A stretch of DNA of 63,476 bases, the filler included, from Octopus bimaculoides (lineage: Eukaryota): NCBI RefSeq assembly GCF_001194135.2. It is 4 parts of 3 records of this genome, joined end to end, with 100 filler letters (N's around TTAATTAATTAA, not from the genome) between each part and the next. Parts side by side here need not be neighbours in the genome. Positions count along the whole stretch, not along the records: positions 1 to 23,354 come from NC_068987.1; positions 23,455 to 45,024 come from NC_068985.1; 2 more parts are not named here. One strand, given 5' to 3'. Below, piece after piece: positions 12,446-25,346 of this stretch. Position numbers and translations under genes: made by a program. Each line of letters opens with the position of its first letter. The stretch's first letter is position 1. Below the pieces are notes generated by a model, which was not told the DNA's origin, did no database searches, and saw only the letters and a program-made list of their open reading frames with translations.

Positions 12446-12754
12446 TTTCTCGTCTATTAACCAATTTAGTTAAGATAATAAGTTAATTTAATGCAGCTGT
12501 GGATGTTATTGTTGATGTTGAGGGTGTATTTAGTTAATGAAATCATAAATAAACTTAGTCAATAGAGTGGGTTAGACTGGACAAAAGTGTGTTGAGTCAG
12601 CATGATTGTTAATTTTTGTAAGGTAACGTAATTCCTAATGCTACAGGTGAAGCTCCTTTTCAGTTAATAGCTCTGCCTGACATTAGATATTTCCTTTTCT
12701 TAAAGCAAACTAACATGCTCCACTTTCTTCTTCCCCCGCTGTATAATAAACGCC

Positions 12755-12905
12755 GGCATAGCTATGTGGTTAGAAAATCGCATCGTAACTACATGTTTTC
12801 AGGTTCGATCACCCTGCGCAGCAATTTGGGCCAGTGTCTTCTACCAGAGCTTCAGGGCAACCGAAATTTTATGACTGAAATTTGATTGGCGGAAACTTCA
12901 GTAGA
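12755..12905 (+). mobile_element. Degenerate SINE family B, 5' half
   Basis: ggcatagctatgtggttag...caggttcgatc...cagtgtcttcta. Confidence 0.6.
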
Positions 12906-13082
12906 GGTCTCTTCCTGTTATGGAGTGAAGAACTGTTATTTGTTGCCTGGCTTAAAACCACCATTTGGCCCTTAGGTTCTTTTAGCGAATTAGTCTCTAC
13001 TGCAAAGAGTTTCCAGTCTGGGAATTACCGCTACTCTCCACCAGGTTATAGAGATCATGGGCGCTGCTCTTCCACCTCTGAC

Positions 13083-13153
<71 letters not shown>

Positions 13154-13176
13154 NNNNNNNNNNNNNNNNNNNNNNN

Positions 13177-13225
<49 letters not shown>

Positions 13226-13387
13226 ATCTGTGTGTGTGTGTGTGTAATTGAAAAAATTTGGAATTAACAAGGAGTACGTTTGGACATTTAATATTAATCA
13301 CTACAATTGTTTCTATGCAACGTAGTTTTCTGGGTGTGCAGGTACTTGATTATGCAACCGTTTCCCTGCATTATGAGATCTAGTTAA

Positions 13388-13818
13388 GGCGGCGAGCTGG
13401 CAGAAACGTTAGCACGCCGGCCGAAATGCTTAGCAGTTTTCGTCTGCCGCTACGTTCTGAGTTCAAATTCCGCCGAGGTCGACCTTGCCTTTCATCCTTT
13501 CGAGGTCGATTAAATAAGTACCAGCTACGCACTGGGGTCGATATAATCGACTTAATCCGTTTGTCTGTCCTTGTTTGTCCCCTCTGTGTGAGCCCCTTGT
13601 GGGCAGTAAAGAAATAAGAAACGTTAGCACGCCGGGCGAAATGCTTAGCGATATTTCGTCTGTCTTTACGTTCTGAGTTCAAATTCCGCCGAGGTCAACT
13701 TTGCCTTTCATCCTTTCGGGGTCGATAAATTGAATACCAGTTGCGTACTGGAGTCGATCTAATCGACTGGCCCCTCCCCCAAAATTTCGGGCCTTATGCC
13801 CAGAGTAGAAAAGAAATT
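13388..13818 (+). mobile_element. Two head-to-tail SINE family A copies (13388-13616 and 13617-13818)
   Basis: ggcggcgagctggcagaaacgttagc (A-box-like), gagttcaaattcc (B-box), gcctttcatcctttcggggtcgataaat core. Confidence 0.9.
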
Positions 13819-13994
13819 ATGAGATCTACTTGTGTTTCCTCAGACAATATGTAGATATTATCTCCGTAAGTTCAAATTCTCGGCTTCAAGAGCATCTTCT
13901 CTGTCTGTTGTGGCCTGAAGTTAGTAGTTATCACTGAGTTTATCAAAGTGTGCTGCTGCTGAAAGACCATTGGAAAACTGCTTTGAGTGTAGAT

Positions 13995-15038
13995 GTAGTT
14001 TCTACGGCTGGTTTCTCTTCCTAACGTCAACCACTTTACAGAGTGCACTGGGTATTTTATGCAGCACCGGCACGGGTGCTTTTACGTGGCGCCAGCACGA
14101 GTGCTTTTTATGTGACACCAGCACCTACGAGCCCGCAAGATTAGGAACGCTCGGGTGGAGAAGGATGCAGGGGACATGCCTGTATGCAAGAGCGACCATG
14201 CATTTACTTAGCTTGACATATCTTCTCAAGCATAACAAACTGCCAGAAGTCTCGAACACCCGTTATCCCCTCTGTGAGGCCCAACATCTGCAGATCTTTT
14301 CTCACCACTTCGTCCGACGTCTTTCTGGGTCGACTCCTTCCACACGTTCCCTCCAGAATCAGAGCTCGGCACTTACTGATGCAACTGTCTTCATTCATAC
14401 GTATTACCTGACCGCACCAGTGCAGTCTTTTCGCTTGCACAATTCATCTGATGTACCGTATTCCCAGTTTTTCTGTCAAATCGCTTACACTCTGTTGTAT
14501 ATGAATACTGGCATTATCCATCCAGCAGAGCATACTGGTTCCATTTTTTTTCAAGCCTTCGCATGTCTTCATTAGTCACAACCAATGTTTCACTGCCATG
14601 TAGCATAGCTGTTCGCACACAAGCATCATACAATCTGCCTTTCACTCTGACGGAGAGGCCCTTTGTTGCTAACAGAGGTAGTAGCTCTCTGAACTTTGCC
14701 CAGCTTACTCTTATTCTAGCGGCTATGCTTTCGAAACAGCCTTCACCATTGCTAACTTTGTAAACCTAAATAAGGGAAACTGCCTATTACTTCTAAGGAT
14801 CACCTCCTGACATTTGAGGGAGTATATTTTTTGTACATTCCTGATGCTTAATGTACCTGCACGTCTTCCAAATGTAAGGACTACTTTTTCTGTGATACTG
14901 CTGCACCATTTATGTGTCCATAGCTTGCACTGGGTACACCATATGGAGTTTCTCCCGACACCTTTCCTACATATCGAGCAGAGCCATCTCCCTAAAGGGA
15001 GCTGAGACTTGTCTGTTTCCTACTTATTAGGGTTTGTG
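13995..15038 (-). mobile_element. 5'-truncated RTE-clade LINE (post-RT region and 3' UTR)
   Basis: WLCSICRKGVGRNSIWCTQCKLWTHKWC, WAKFRELLPLL, KGRLYDACVRTAMLHGSET and RLHWCGQVIRM...GRSRPRKT are typical RTE ORF motifs. Confidence 0.9.
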
Positions 15039-16143
15039 TGTGGAGAAAAGGAGAGGGAGAGAAAGAGAGAGATTCGATGTATGCCTAACATAAGCGTAAG
15101 ATTATACGAATCTTATAATCAGTCGATTAAAAGAATGCCTGCACTGAAATTTGGACAATTTCGTAACACATAGTATGAAAAGTATTGCTCTGTCAATTCC
15201 GTCAATGGACGAGGCATGGTCACATTGTTAAAAAAGAAAAAAAAACATTTTTCGTCCTTTTAATGTTACAGAAACTGGGAAATAAACATTGTTTCTCCAT
15301 AATACCTAATGTTCATGACAGGATTACATTAATATAGTTCTATTTACAGTCTGGGGTACCGATAGAAATAGTGTTATTCAATATCAATAATGTCATTGCA
15401 AAAACTATATCAGTCAGCAAGACAATTTTCCATATGGTGGATTAGCGTGTTCAAACTACCATCGGCAAATGTCACACTGTTTTTAAAATGACAAAGATAA
15501 TCTACTTAAGCCCAGAATCTTACAACAGCATGTCTACAGAAGCAGCAACAGTAACAAAACAACACTATCAATTCTGATTAGAAATCTCCACAAAATAGCT
15601 ATTTTTACTATTCTGCTTACCTTGATATAAATACGAGTTTTGACTTCACCAAAAGACACAGACCTCCTTTACGTGTGTAAAACGCACAAAACTAACACAG
15701 AATTTTTCTCGTTTTATTTATTGCCTTGGAAGCTGTTTAAATGCTGTCCACTTCACTTTCATTCTAATTAAATTAATTTCTATTCTCTCTATCAATTAAT
15801 TTAAGGTTTGGTATAAATTTTAATTTAGGTGTCACGAACGAAGAAAAATAGTTTTGACAAAATTCATACACAAAAAAATATATGCGTTGTAGAAGATGCA
15901 AGGAATATTTATTGTTTTTATTTCATTTTATATTGTATACTTTCGTCTGAGTCACCACAACTTGTGTAATGTGTTTAATTTCAGTGTAGTTACTAAGATC
16001 TATCATTAGAAGACAAACAGGAGAGTAGAAGACAAGTTATAATTATGATGTATAGCAGGAAAATTGTACCTTCCTAATTTTGATCAAAGTTCAAATGTTA
16101 TAATAGAGCAACGAAACGTCTGCTCAGAAGTTAACAATATAAC

Positions 16144-16432
16144 AACCTACATACTTATCTGTCTATCTGTATATCTATCTGTTTATCTAAAATTGCTACT
16201 TTCCTACCTATTTATTTGTCTCTTTGTGTATCTATCTACCTACCTATCTATCTACCTACCTATCTATCTAACATCTCTCTAACTGTCAACTCTCTGTTTT
16301 ACTACCGACTTACATCTCTTTCTCTAATCGTATATGCGTGCATCTAAGTCTCTTTCATTCTTTCCATTTATTTATCTATTTATCTATCTATCTATCTATC
16401 TATCTATCCCTCTGTCTATCTGTCTATCTATT
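16144..16432. repeat. Degenerate (CTAT/CTGT/CTAC)n tetranucleotide region
   Basis: Seen directly. Confidence 0.8.
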
Positions 16433-18246
16433 TAACTAGTTAGCAATAACTATGTCTTTGTGTAATTGTAAATAGCTGTGTATAAGTATGCATGTGCGGC
16501 AAATGACGCTTTTGCCTGTAGAAGTGGTCAAGAGAGTGTAGAGAAAGAGAATGATTTGGAAAAGTATGGAAGTGGGTAAAATCGCTACAGAAACAAACCA
16601 AGTGAACAGAAATGGAAATGATGTAAAGTATGCTAGGGTAATTAAATACTGACAAAAGAACATTACAGCCGAATTAAGGAGAACTGAAGTCAAGAGTGAA
16701 TACAAGTTCACTCAATACATTATATACCTAGAGAACTGTATATTCAGTATAAATATATTTGGAATGCCTTTCATTCTATCTATTAATTTCGCAGCCAAAT
16801 AAATTCTTATATACATCGAGATAGCAACATTTGGATTACCACAACTCAAAAGAAAATATATAATAATTAAGGGAAAAAATTATAAAACCAAAGAACGTTC
16901 ATAGTCTTCAGAAGGGGTAGTTTAAATGACGCAGGCTGCTTGGTTACGTTATAAAAAGAATAAGAAACGAAAACCCGATAAAAAGATGGTAAGTTGCATT
17001 AAAATCAATCTTCTCTCAAGATAAACAGTATTTTTTTTAATCTTTTTTTTTTTATTTCTGCTTGTTCTGGGGAGATGTGCAGTGTCAAGGAGAACAACAC
17101 CAGGAAGGGAAGCGCAAGAGAGGGTAATGCAATGGAGGACAGTAGCAATAACACTTTTCAGGGTTTCTGAGATTAATGAGATGAAGGAGTAAATTATTCT
17201 CACACCTAAGACCTGGCCTAAAAGCTTGTATCGGAGCGGACTCTATTAAACCTAGCCAGGAACCAGGTGATGGTGTCAAACCGGGCAACAGATAGTATTA
17301 TCAAATATTTTGATGTATTTCATTGCATGACTTATTTTTACACACATACACGCTATACTAAAAAATTGCACCTAACCGAGAAGTTTGAGTAGCACACTAC
17401 CCACTGAAAAATAATCGGTTCGTATCCTAATACCGGTTGTGTAAATGGCCGATATACTTCACTTTTAAACTGCCCCTCACCAGCTGCTGCAAATGTATAT
17501 CACACGGTGATAAAAGTCATCGCTGCTAAGAAGGAGAGCACAGTAAGATTGAGAAGTGTTTTATTACAGTGCAGTACCGAGTTAAACCATGAAGTTTGGT
17601 AGAGCGAAGGGCCCTACAAGCAGCGGCATAGCTTGAGTGTGTACCAACGGAGGCAATACTTGAGCTTGCCGCGCCCCTCCCAGCTTATACAGTCTTATAC
17701 AGCAGACTCTGAAATGTCTCCGCCCTAAAAGCGTCAACTGGGGCAGACCGTCTCCCTTCCCACGTATGCTACTGTCTTCTAGGCTAACAGATGAACTGTA
17801 TAAAATCGAAAATTTCTTTGAAGCTAAGCAGTACTATTGATATTCGATTTCTATTTGTTTTTATAAATGAAATGGCTGAGTTACTGTGTAGGGTCATATT
17901 TTATGGGTCAAGAATTAAAATCTCTGCAAGTATTTCTTGGTGAAAAACATTTTATGTGCCATGTCAGATCTTGTAGAAAAAGTCAATCATAACAAACCAC
18001 TCGTTTAGGATCAAACCTGATCGCGAATCCTTATGCAATTAACTCATGAGTGCATGGAAGAAACAGATAAGAGATATCTAAATAAGCATCTGAACTCGAT
18101 ATTAATACATTTGCTTGGGGGTGGGGAGTGTGTTTTTGTTTTGTTTTTTGTTTTTTTTACTAAGTATATATCTTTTGTGTTTTTATGAAGCGAAAATATT
18201 TTCCTTGGTTCGTGTAGTATTATAATATAATGATGGTTTTACTTAA

Positions 18247-19158
18247 GGCGGCGAGCTGGCAGAATCATTAGCACTCCGGGCAACATTCTTAACGGTATTT
18301 CGTCTATCTTTATGTTCTGAGTTCGAATTCCTCCGAGGTCGACTTTGCCTTTCATCCTTTCGGGGTCGATAAATTAAGTACCAGTTGCGTACTGGGGANN
18401 NNNNNNNNNNNNNNNNNNNNNNNNNNNNNNNNNNNNNNNNNNNNNNNNNNNNNNNNNNNNNNNNNNNNNNNNNNNNNNNNNNNNNNNNNNNNNNNNNNNN
18501 NNNNNNNNNNNNNNNNNNNNNNNNNNNNNNNNNNNNNNNNNNNNNNNNNNNNNNNNNNNATCTGAACTCGATATTAATACATTTGCTTGGGGGTGGGGAG
18601 TGTGTTTTTGTTTTGTTTTTCTTTTTTCGTTTCTTTTTTTTTTTTTGCTAAGTATATATATCTGAAGCAAAATTATTTTCCTCGGTTCGTGTAGTATTAT
18701 AATATAATGATAATATTATTTAAGGCACTGGGCAAAATGTTTAGCGATGTTTCGCCTGTCTTTACGTTGAGTTCAAATTCTTGCGAGGTCGACTTTACCT
18801 TCCATCCTTTCTGGGTCCATTAAATTAGTACCAGTTACGGACGTGGGTCGATGTAATCAACTTAATCCCTTCGTCTGTTCTTGTTTGTCTCCTCTATGTT
18901 TACCCACCTGCGTGAGCAATAAAGAATAAATATAATGATATTATTTAAGCGGTGAGCTGGCAGAATCGCTAGCGCGCCGGGCAAAATGCTTAGCGATATT
19001 TCATCCGCCTTTACGTTGAGTTCAAATTCCGCCGAGGTCGACTTTGTCTTTCGTCCTTCCGGGGTCGATAAAATAAGTACCAGTTTAGTACTGAGGTCGA
19101 TGTAATCACCTTACCCACTTCAAAATTGCTGACCTTGTGCCAAAATTTGAAACCATTA
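18247..19158 (+). mobile_element. Three tandem SINE family A copies (starting about 18247, 18723 and 18948)
   Basis: Repeated family A head and core; the first copy runs into an N gap. Confidence 0.85.
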
Positions 19159-19684
19159 TGATAATATTATTTCTTTTATCGTTTGGTCAGTGGGGAAGAC
19201 AGTGTGGATGAATTTTTCGCGGACCTCTGAAACTGGTGAGAGGAAGTGAGGAAGGCATCCTCACAGTGGAAGCCAACCCCGAATGCTTGCGGCAGAGAGA
19301 ACCCTGCTAGAAGTAGAGGTGCTAGAAGCTAGTGTTAAACCGCATAAAGTCTACCGAGTGAAAATAAAATATTATCAATCCATGAGTGTATTACACCTTC
19401 AAACACTCACTGCACTATGTTACTAGACTCAGGATCTCTGAGAGAGATTTGGCAAGGCGGGAGAAGATCGTTTTTTGGGTGGCCCGGGAGGGACAGTAGA
19501 TTTTTTTTTCTTTTAAGTGGAGACCCAACAGTAGTCACGGACTCATCCTTGCCTCTTCGGGTCCAGGGCTATTTTCCATCTTAAATCTCATTCATAAAGG
19601 CTCTGACTATACTGTACTGTGCCACGCTACGCTACAGTCAATCAATTTTCAGAAGAAACAAACAAATAAACAAAAAAGCTAAAG

Positions 19685-20010
19685 TAGGCTGTATGGTTAA
19701 GAAGTTCGCTTCGTAAGCACGTGGCTTAAAGTTCAGTCCAATTATGTAGCATCTTAGGTTAGTATCTTCTACTATAACCTCAACCCGACCAATGCTTTGT
19801 GAGTAAATTTGTTAATCGGAAACTGTGTAGAAGCCCGTCATATGTGTGTGTTTATCTCTCACACTGCTTGATAGCCAGTATTGGTTTGTTCACTTCCTCA
19901 TAACGGTTTGGCAAAAGGAGAACACAGAATAAGTACTGGAGTAGATTTATTCTAATAAATCTTTCAAGGCGATGCCCCAGCATGGGCACAATCCAATTAC
20001 TGAAACAAAG
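19685..20010 (+). mobile_element. SINE family B
   Basis: ggctgtatggttaagaag...aatgctttgtgagtaaatt...aataagtactgg...ccccagcatgg...tgaaacaa. Confidence 0.75.
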
Positions 20011-20160
20011 AAAAACATAAGAAAGTAGCATACAGCTAATGAAGGTCAACTAAAATTTAATAAGCGCAGTAATATATGACCGGTTTCACTATTCAATATT
20101 CCGTCTATAATGTGTTTAAAACAACTAAAAATAACTTTATCAATATTAAGTAGACGTGAA

Positions 20161-20600
20161 AGGTGGTGAGCTAGAAGAATCGTGAGCACGAGCACGCCGG
20201 ACAAAAGGCTTAGTAGCATTTCGTCCGTCTTTACGCTCTGAGTTCAAATTCTGCCGAGCTCAACTTCTCCTTTCATCCCTTCGGACTCGATAAAATAAGT
20301 ACCAGTCGATCAATGGGGTCGATGTAATCGACTTAACCCCTCCCCAACCTTGCTGGTTTTGTGCCAATATTAATTAGGCGTAAAGGGCGGCGAGCTGGCA
20401 GAATCGTCAGCACCCCGGGCAAAATGCTGAGCGGTATTTCGTCCATCTTTGCGTTCTGAGTTCAACTGCCGCCGAGGTCAACTTTGCCTGTCATCCTTTT
20501 GAAGTCGATAAAATAAGTACCAGTTGAACACTGGGTCGACGTAATCGACTTAACCCTCCCTCAAAATTGATGGCAGTGCGCCAGAATTTGAAATCACTTT
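20161..20600 (+). mobile_element. Two tandem SINE family A copies
   Basis: Family A head and core at about 20161 and 20386. Confidence 0.85.
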
Positions 20601-20750
20601 TAATTAAACGTCTCATTACCATCCTCTTCACGTGGTTTATGAACTACACAAACATGCAGGAAGTAAACAGACACATTTAATTTTCAAAATCTTTTATCTA
20701 ATACGCAAAGCGAACAATTGAAATGTAATCAATAGGTAGGACTGCATACT

Positions 20751-21641
20751 TTAGTATTTAGTCGACATTCCCTTTGCAGTTTTTAATTCAGAAACTCTTT
20801 TTGGCATTGAACTGATGAACTTTGTGATTGTCTCTTGTGGAATTTCTGCCCACTTTTCACGCAACAATCGAAACAATTCATCTTTAGATATATATTTCTG
20901 TCGAGTCTTTCGTATAGCTCTATTTAGTATGCTCCAAAGATTTTCAATTGGGTTCATGTCAGGAGATTGGCTCGGCCATGGAAGCTTTTTGATCCCATTT
21001 TCAGTCAGCCATTGTTGATTCCTTTTCGCTGTGTGGCATGGAGCCCCATCTTCCATGAATAAAAACTCATTTTTCGTTATGTCATCGTGTGAATACATCG
21101 GAAGTAGTCCTTGCTTAAGTGTTTCGATGTATTTTTCAGAGTTTATGGTTCCAACACATTCGATCAGCTCGGAACGACCATTGCTGGTGACAGCTCCCCA
21201 TACAATTACAGAGACACCGCCATGTTTCACAGTCGGTTGGAGTCGTTTCAAATTAAATTCTTGATTGGGAAGCCTCCAGACCCAAACACGTCCACTGTCT
21301 GAAAATAATGCAAATCTGGATTCATCTGAGAAAATCACTATCCCAAAATGAACTGGATTTTTCTGACACTTCTTTCTTTTCATGATATTAATTGGTTGAA
21401 GGAGAGGTTTTCTTCTAGCTGCTCGTCCATAATACCCAAGCTTATGCAGATATGTAACACACGTCCTTGGACTAACTTCTAGCTGTATTGCAATGTCAGA
21501 AGCCTTCGAACGGGGTTCGTTTTCCACAATTCTCTTCAAACAGCGAAGCTTCCTTTCCGAGGGCCCAGGTCGACCGGGACGAGAATCTATTGATTCTTTT
21601 CCTTGACTTTTGAGCGCATATACATAGTGAGTCGATCTTCT
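20751..21641 (-). mobile_element. Tc1-family DD34E transposase, near-intact ORF with N-terminus disrupted
   Basis: [18 protein letters not shown] and [15 protein letters not shown] with exactly 34 residues between D and E. The frame stays open upstream of the ORF-track start through SRPGRP to a TGA near 21642. No TIRs recognised. Confidence 0.9.
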
Positions 21642-21751
21642 TCAAATCAAGCCCTACCTATTTTTTTTTTAAGCACTTTGGGTAATGTAATCTGAGGTGA
21701 ACTATGACTGGATAGACGGGATTGTCGTTGGTTTGCTAGATCAATGTTAAC

Positions 21752-22018
21752 CTAGAGTCTGTTTTGCTGAACCACTAAGTTACGGGAATGTAAACGCACC
21801 AACATCGGTTATCAAGCGATGGTGGAGGACAAACACACACACACATATATATATACGACGGGCTTCTTTCAGTTTCCATCTACCAAATCAACTCACAAGG
21901 CTTTGGACGGCCCGAGGCTATAACAGAAGACATTTGCCCAATTGCCACTCAGTGGGATTGAACCCAGAACTATGTGGTTGGAAAGGAGGCTTCTTACCAC
22001 ACAGCCACGCCTGCGTCT
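21752..22018 (-). mobile_element. SINE family B, well preserved
   Basis: Reverse complement of the 44856 head plus the 57449 tail, with a CA/TA core. Confidence 0.9.
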
Positions 22019-23306
22019 ATTATATGTATATAATTTGCAGAATTATAATGCATGAAATTATATACAAATATATCTGCAAATGTGTATATAATTTTCAGAT
22101 TCCGTATCAATAGACTAGAACAATTTTAGGCCACGTTTTGTATTTTCTCTATCGTAGGCAGAAACCATCTTCATTTCTGGATGATATTTACTACAATTAA
22201 ACTATGTATGCACAAAAATCAGTTATATTCATAATTTTACAATACTCTACGCCAGGGAAGAATGATAATGAAGCATTTTTAACACTTTGACCCACTGCTC
22301 CAAAGCTAGACTAGGACACAGAATGTAAGAAAACTACATTTTTCGTGAAAAATCACTGTAGCATGTATACAAAGATCCTGACGTGATTAGTGAAAACGAA
22401 TAGCATATCTGGGTTAAGCTCGAAAAATTGCTTCAGAAACGCTTATCTATTCAACAGAAATATTTCCGCTCCCAAATTCTGTAGAGCTGTGTCATAAGAG
22501 CAGTTTTGGTCTTAATATGAAAAACAAAACACACTATGAATAATTATAAATGATGAGGTAATTGCTCAGTCAGAGATCAGACTATGATGCACTTAGTAAG
22601 CGCATAAACATTTAAAAAGAAATTCTTACACTACATATCCCCACGCAAAATCTGTCATCGTAGTTATTTTAATGGTGTTTGTTGACTGAGATATGTTTGC
22701 ACATAAGCGGTTTCTTTAAAGCCTTAAGTGATGACATTCCTTAGAAATATTCGTTTCTTCTGAGGGTGATAGAGAGATAGAAATGCTAGATGGCCAATCA
22801 AGATTAATTAAATCATGAGCTGATAATATCGGTTGAGCATAAGAAAAAATGCCTTGTGGGATTTCTTCCAGCTTTTAATTTTCTTAGTTCAAATTTCGCT
22901 GAAGTCGACTATGCTTTTCATCTCATCGAGTTCCAAAAGATACTGTCCAAGCATTGAGGCTGATGGTGTCGACTGACTCTCTCCTCTCAAAATTATTGTA
23001 CTTGTGCTTAAATCAGAAACAATTCTGATTTAATCTAATCGATCTCAATACTTAGACGACCACAATCAGGGTCGACATATTTAGCTAAGTTCGTTTTAGA
23101 TTTTGAGTTCGAATGATACCGAAAGAGATATTGCTTCACGCACCTCTGGAATCAATGTATTAGCAATATACTAAGTCGATTCAATCGGCTATAAATAAGA
23201 TATTGACAATATAAGGATTGGTGTTATTGTAGGAATATATTTTGCTTCTGTGTATCAGTTGTATGTGCATTGTCTTTCCATGTCCAAATGTACGCGGGCA
23301 TGCTAA

Positions 23307-23354
<48 letters not shown>

Positions 23355-23454
23355 NNNNNNNNNNNNNNNNNNNNNNNNNNNNNNNNNNNNNNNNNNNNTT
23401 AATTAATTAANNNNNNNNNNNNNNNNNNNNNNNNNNNNNNNNNNNNNNNNNNNN
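23355..23454. other. Assembly spacer N44-TTAATTAATTAA-N44 (also 45025-45124 and 51204-51303)
   Basis: Three identical 100-nt constructs; the 12-mer is a palindrome with stop codons in all six frames. Confidence 0.95.
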
Positions 23455-23654
23455 ATACATAACAAAAACACCAGGACTTACAAATATATATAACATACAG
23501 AAAATTGCACTACTGGGTACTGCACACATTCTACGCAAAACACTTTCAATACAGTAAACATAAGAGCACCACAGCAAACCACAGCACATACCCAAGGCGC
23601 ACAGAGCTGCGCTCGGTAGTGAAGTGAAAGCACGTTATAAAAATAAAACTACTG
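23455..23654 (+). mobile_element. R4/Dong 3' end (family DA), followed by (AAT)/(GAT)n
   Basis: IQKIALLGTAHILRKTLSIQ* plus 3' UTR ending aaaactactg-aat; same sequence as at 24590-24891 and 44038-44260. Confidence 0.85.
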
Positions 23655-23682
23655 AATAACAATAATAATAATATTAATAATA

Positions 23683-23780
<98 letters not shown>

Positions 23781-23790
23781 CATAATAATA

Positions 23791-24891
23791 AGAAAACCTG
23801 TTTTCAGAAGAGCAGATGCTGCAAGGGCGCACACGGCTGTAAAGAACAACTAATGATCAATAAAGCCATAACTGAAGACAGTCGCAGAAAGAAGAAAGGC
23901 CTAAGTATGGCCTGGATCAACTACCGAAAAGCTTTTGATATCATTCCACACGCATGGATCCTCGAAACACAAGCCATGAACAAGGTAGCACCAACAATCA
24001 TAAAATACATAAGACACTCTATGAATAAATGGCATACAGTGCTACAGCTCCAGACAAAAGAGGAACTCATAAAAACCAAAGCTATCCCCATTAGAAGAGG
24101 AATATTCCAGGGAGACACTCTCTCTCCACTCCTTTTCGGTTTGGCACTGACACCTTTGTCTGACATGCTAACTAGAACTGGATGCGGATACAACTGCTAT
24201 GGTAAACAATCAACCACCTCTTATATATGGATGACCTAAAACTGTACGATACAAATGATAAACAGCTGGAAACATTACTATAGACAGTACATGGATTTAC
24301 CAAAGAAATAAACATGAAATTTGGCTTAGAAAAATGTGCCAAAGCAACCTTGAAAAGAGGAAAACTAGTTAAGAGTAGTAACATCACACTAGATAAAGCA
24401 AATGAAATGAGGGAATTAGACCAAAGCCAGACATATAAATATTTAGGAATCAATGAACTAGATATGATACAATACACACAAATGAAAGAGAAAATAAAAA
24501 AAGAGAATACTATAGACGAGTTAGATTAATACTGAAAACAAAGCTCTATGTGAAAAACAAGATAATAGGTATCACCACTCTAGCCATCAAAATACAAAGA
24601 CATGGAAATAGAGGTAACTCGAATGGGGTGTCTAAAAACAGAAACAATTCCTATCATAGTGAGTGCATTAGGTCTGATAAAAAAATATTCAGACAAATAC
24701 AAAAACACCAGGACTAACAAATATATATAACATACAGAAAATTGCACTACTGGGCACTGCACACATCTTACGTAAAATACTTTCAAAACAGTAACCATAA
24801 GAGCATCACAGCAAACCACAGTATATACCCAAGGCACACAGAGCTGCGCTCGGTAGTACAGTGAAAGCACGTTATAAAAATAAGACTACTG
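23791..24891 (+). mobile_element. R4/Dong-clade LINE (family DA): RT domain plus 3' end, 5'-truncated and internally deleted
   Basis: GCKEQLMINK, AWINYRKAFDIIPH, GIFQGDTLSPLLF, LLYMDDLKLY, MKFGLEKCA and YKYLGI, then an abrupt jump near 24587 to KYKDMEIEVTRM..PIIVSALG. Flanked by (AAT)n. Confidence 0.92.
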
Positions 24892-24914
24892 AATAATAAA
24901 CATATTAATAATAT

Positions 24915-25346
24915 AGGCATTGGCTCTTATGACTTCTGATCTTTACTGACTGGAAGTGTTACCACGTACATTGTTTTGTCTTGGTATAAAAGATGGGCTA
25001 CAGCAAACATTCTGTTCAATACCACAGATTTCCTTGTCAGTCGTTTGACCATAACCAGTTGAGCATGTTCCTTGGTGGCTGACGATATGTGCATCTCTGA
25101 TCACGAGCAGAAGTAGTGGGGGAGCATCATTATTATGTGTTCAGAGGAATTCTTTGGGGTTTGAATAATTCACCTTTGGAAACATGGGTGTTTCGTCCAA
25201 CCTTTAAAAAAACCCTTATTCAGGGGCCTTTTGAGCGGGATGGGCTACTCGACTTGAAGAAAATTCTAACTGGGCTCCACCTGCATGATTATACGCTGTT
25301 TATCTTGATTTGAAATCACCATGTCGCGCACATATGGCTGTGATGC
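24915..25346 (+). mobile_element. Family C non-coding interspersed element (runs into gap)
   Basis: Reverse complement of 62615-63150; starts right after the AAT tail of the preceding Dong copy. Confidence 0.8.

Noticed and set aside
17390-19640. Possible hAT/MITE ends (..gtatgctactg at about 17770 and ..gctacgctacag at about 19635)
   Set aside because: Only one terminus was found for each; no matching TIR or target duplication.
23399-23410. Perfect palindrome TTAATTAATTAA occurring three times
   Set aside because: Always centred in N44+12+N44, so it is an artificial six-frame-stop spacer.
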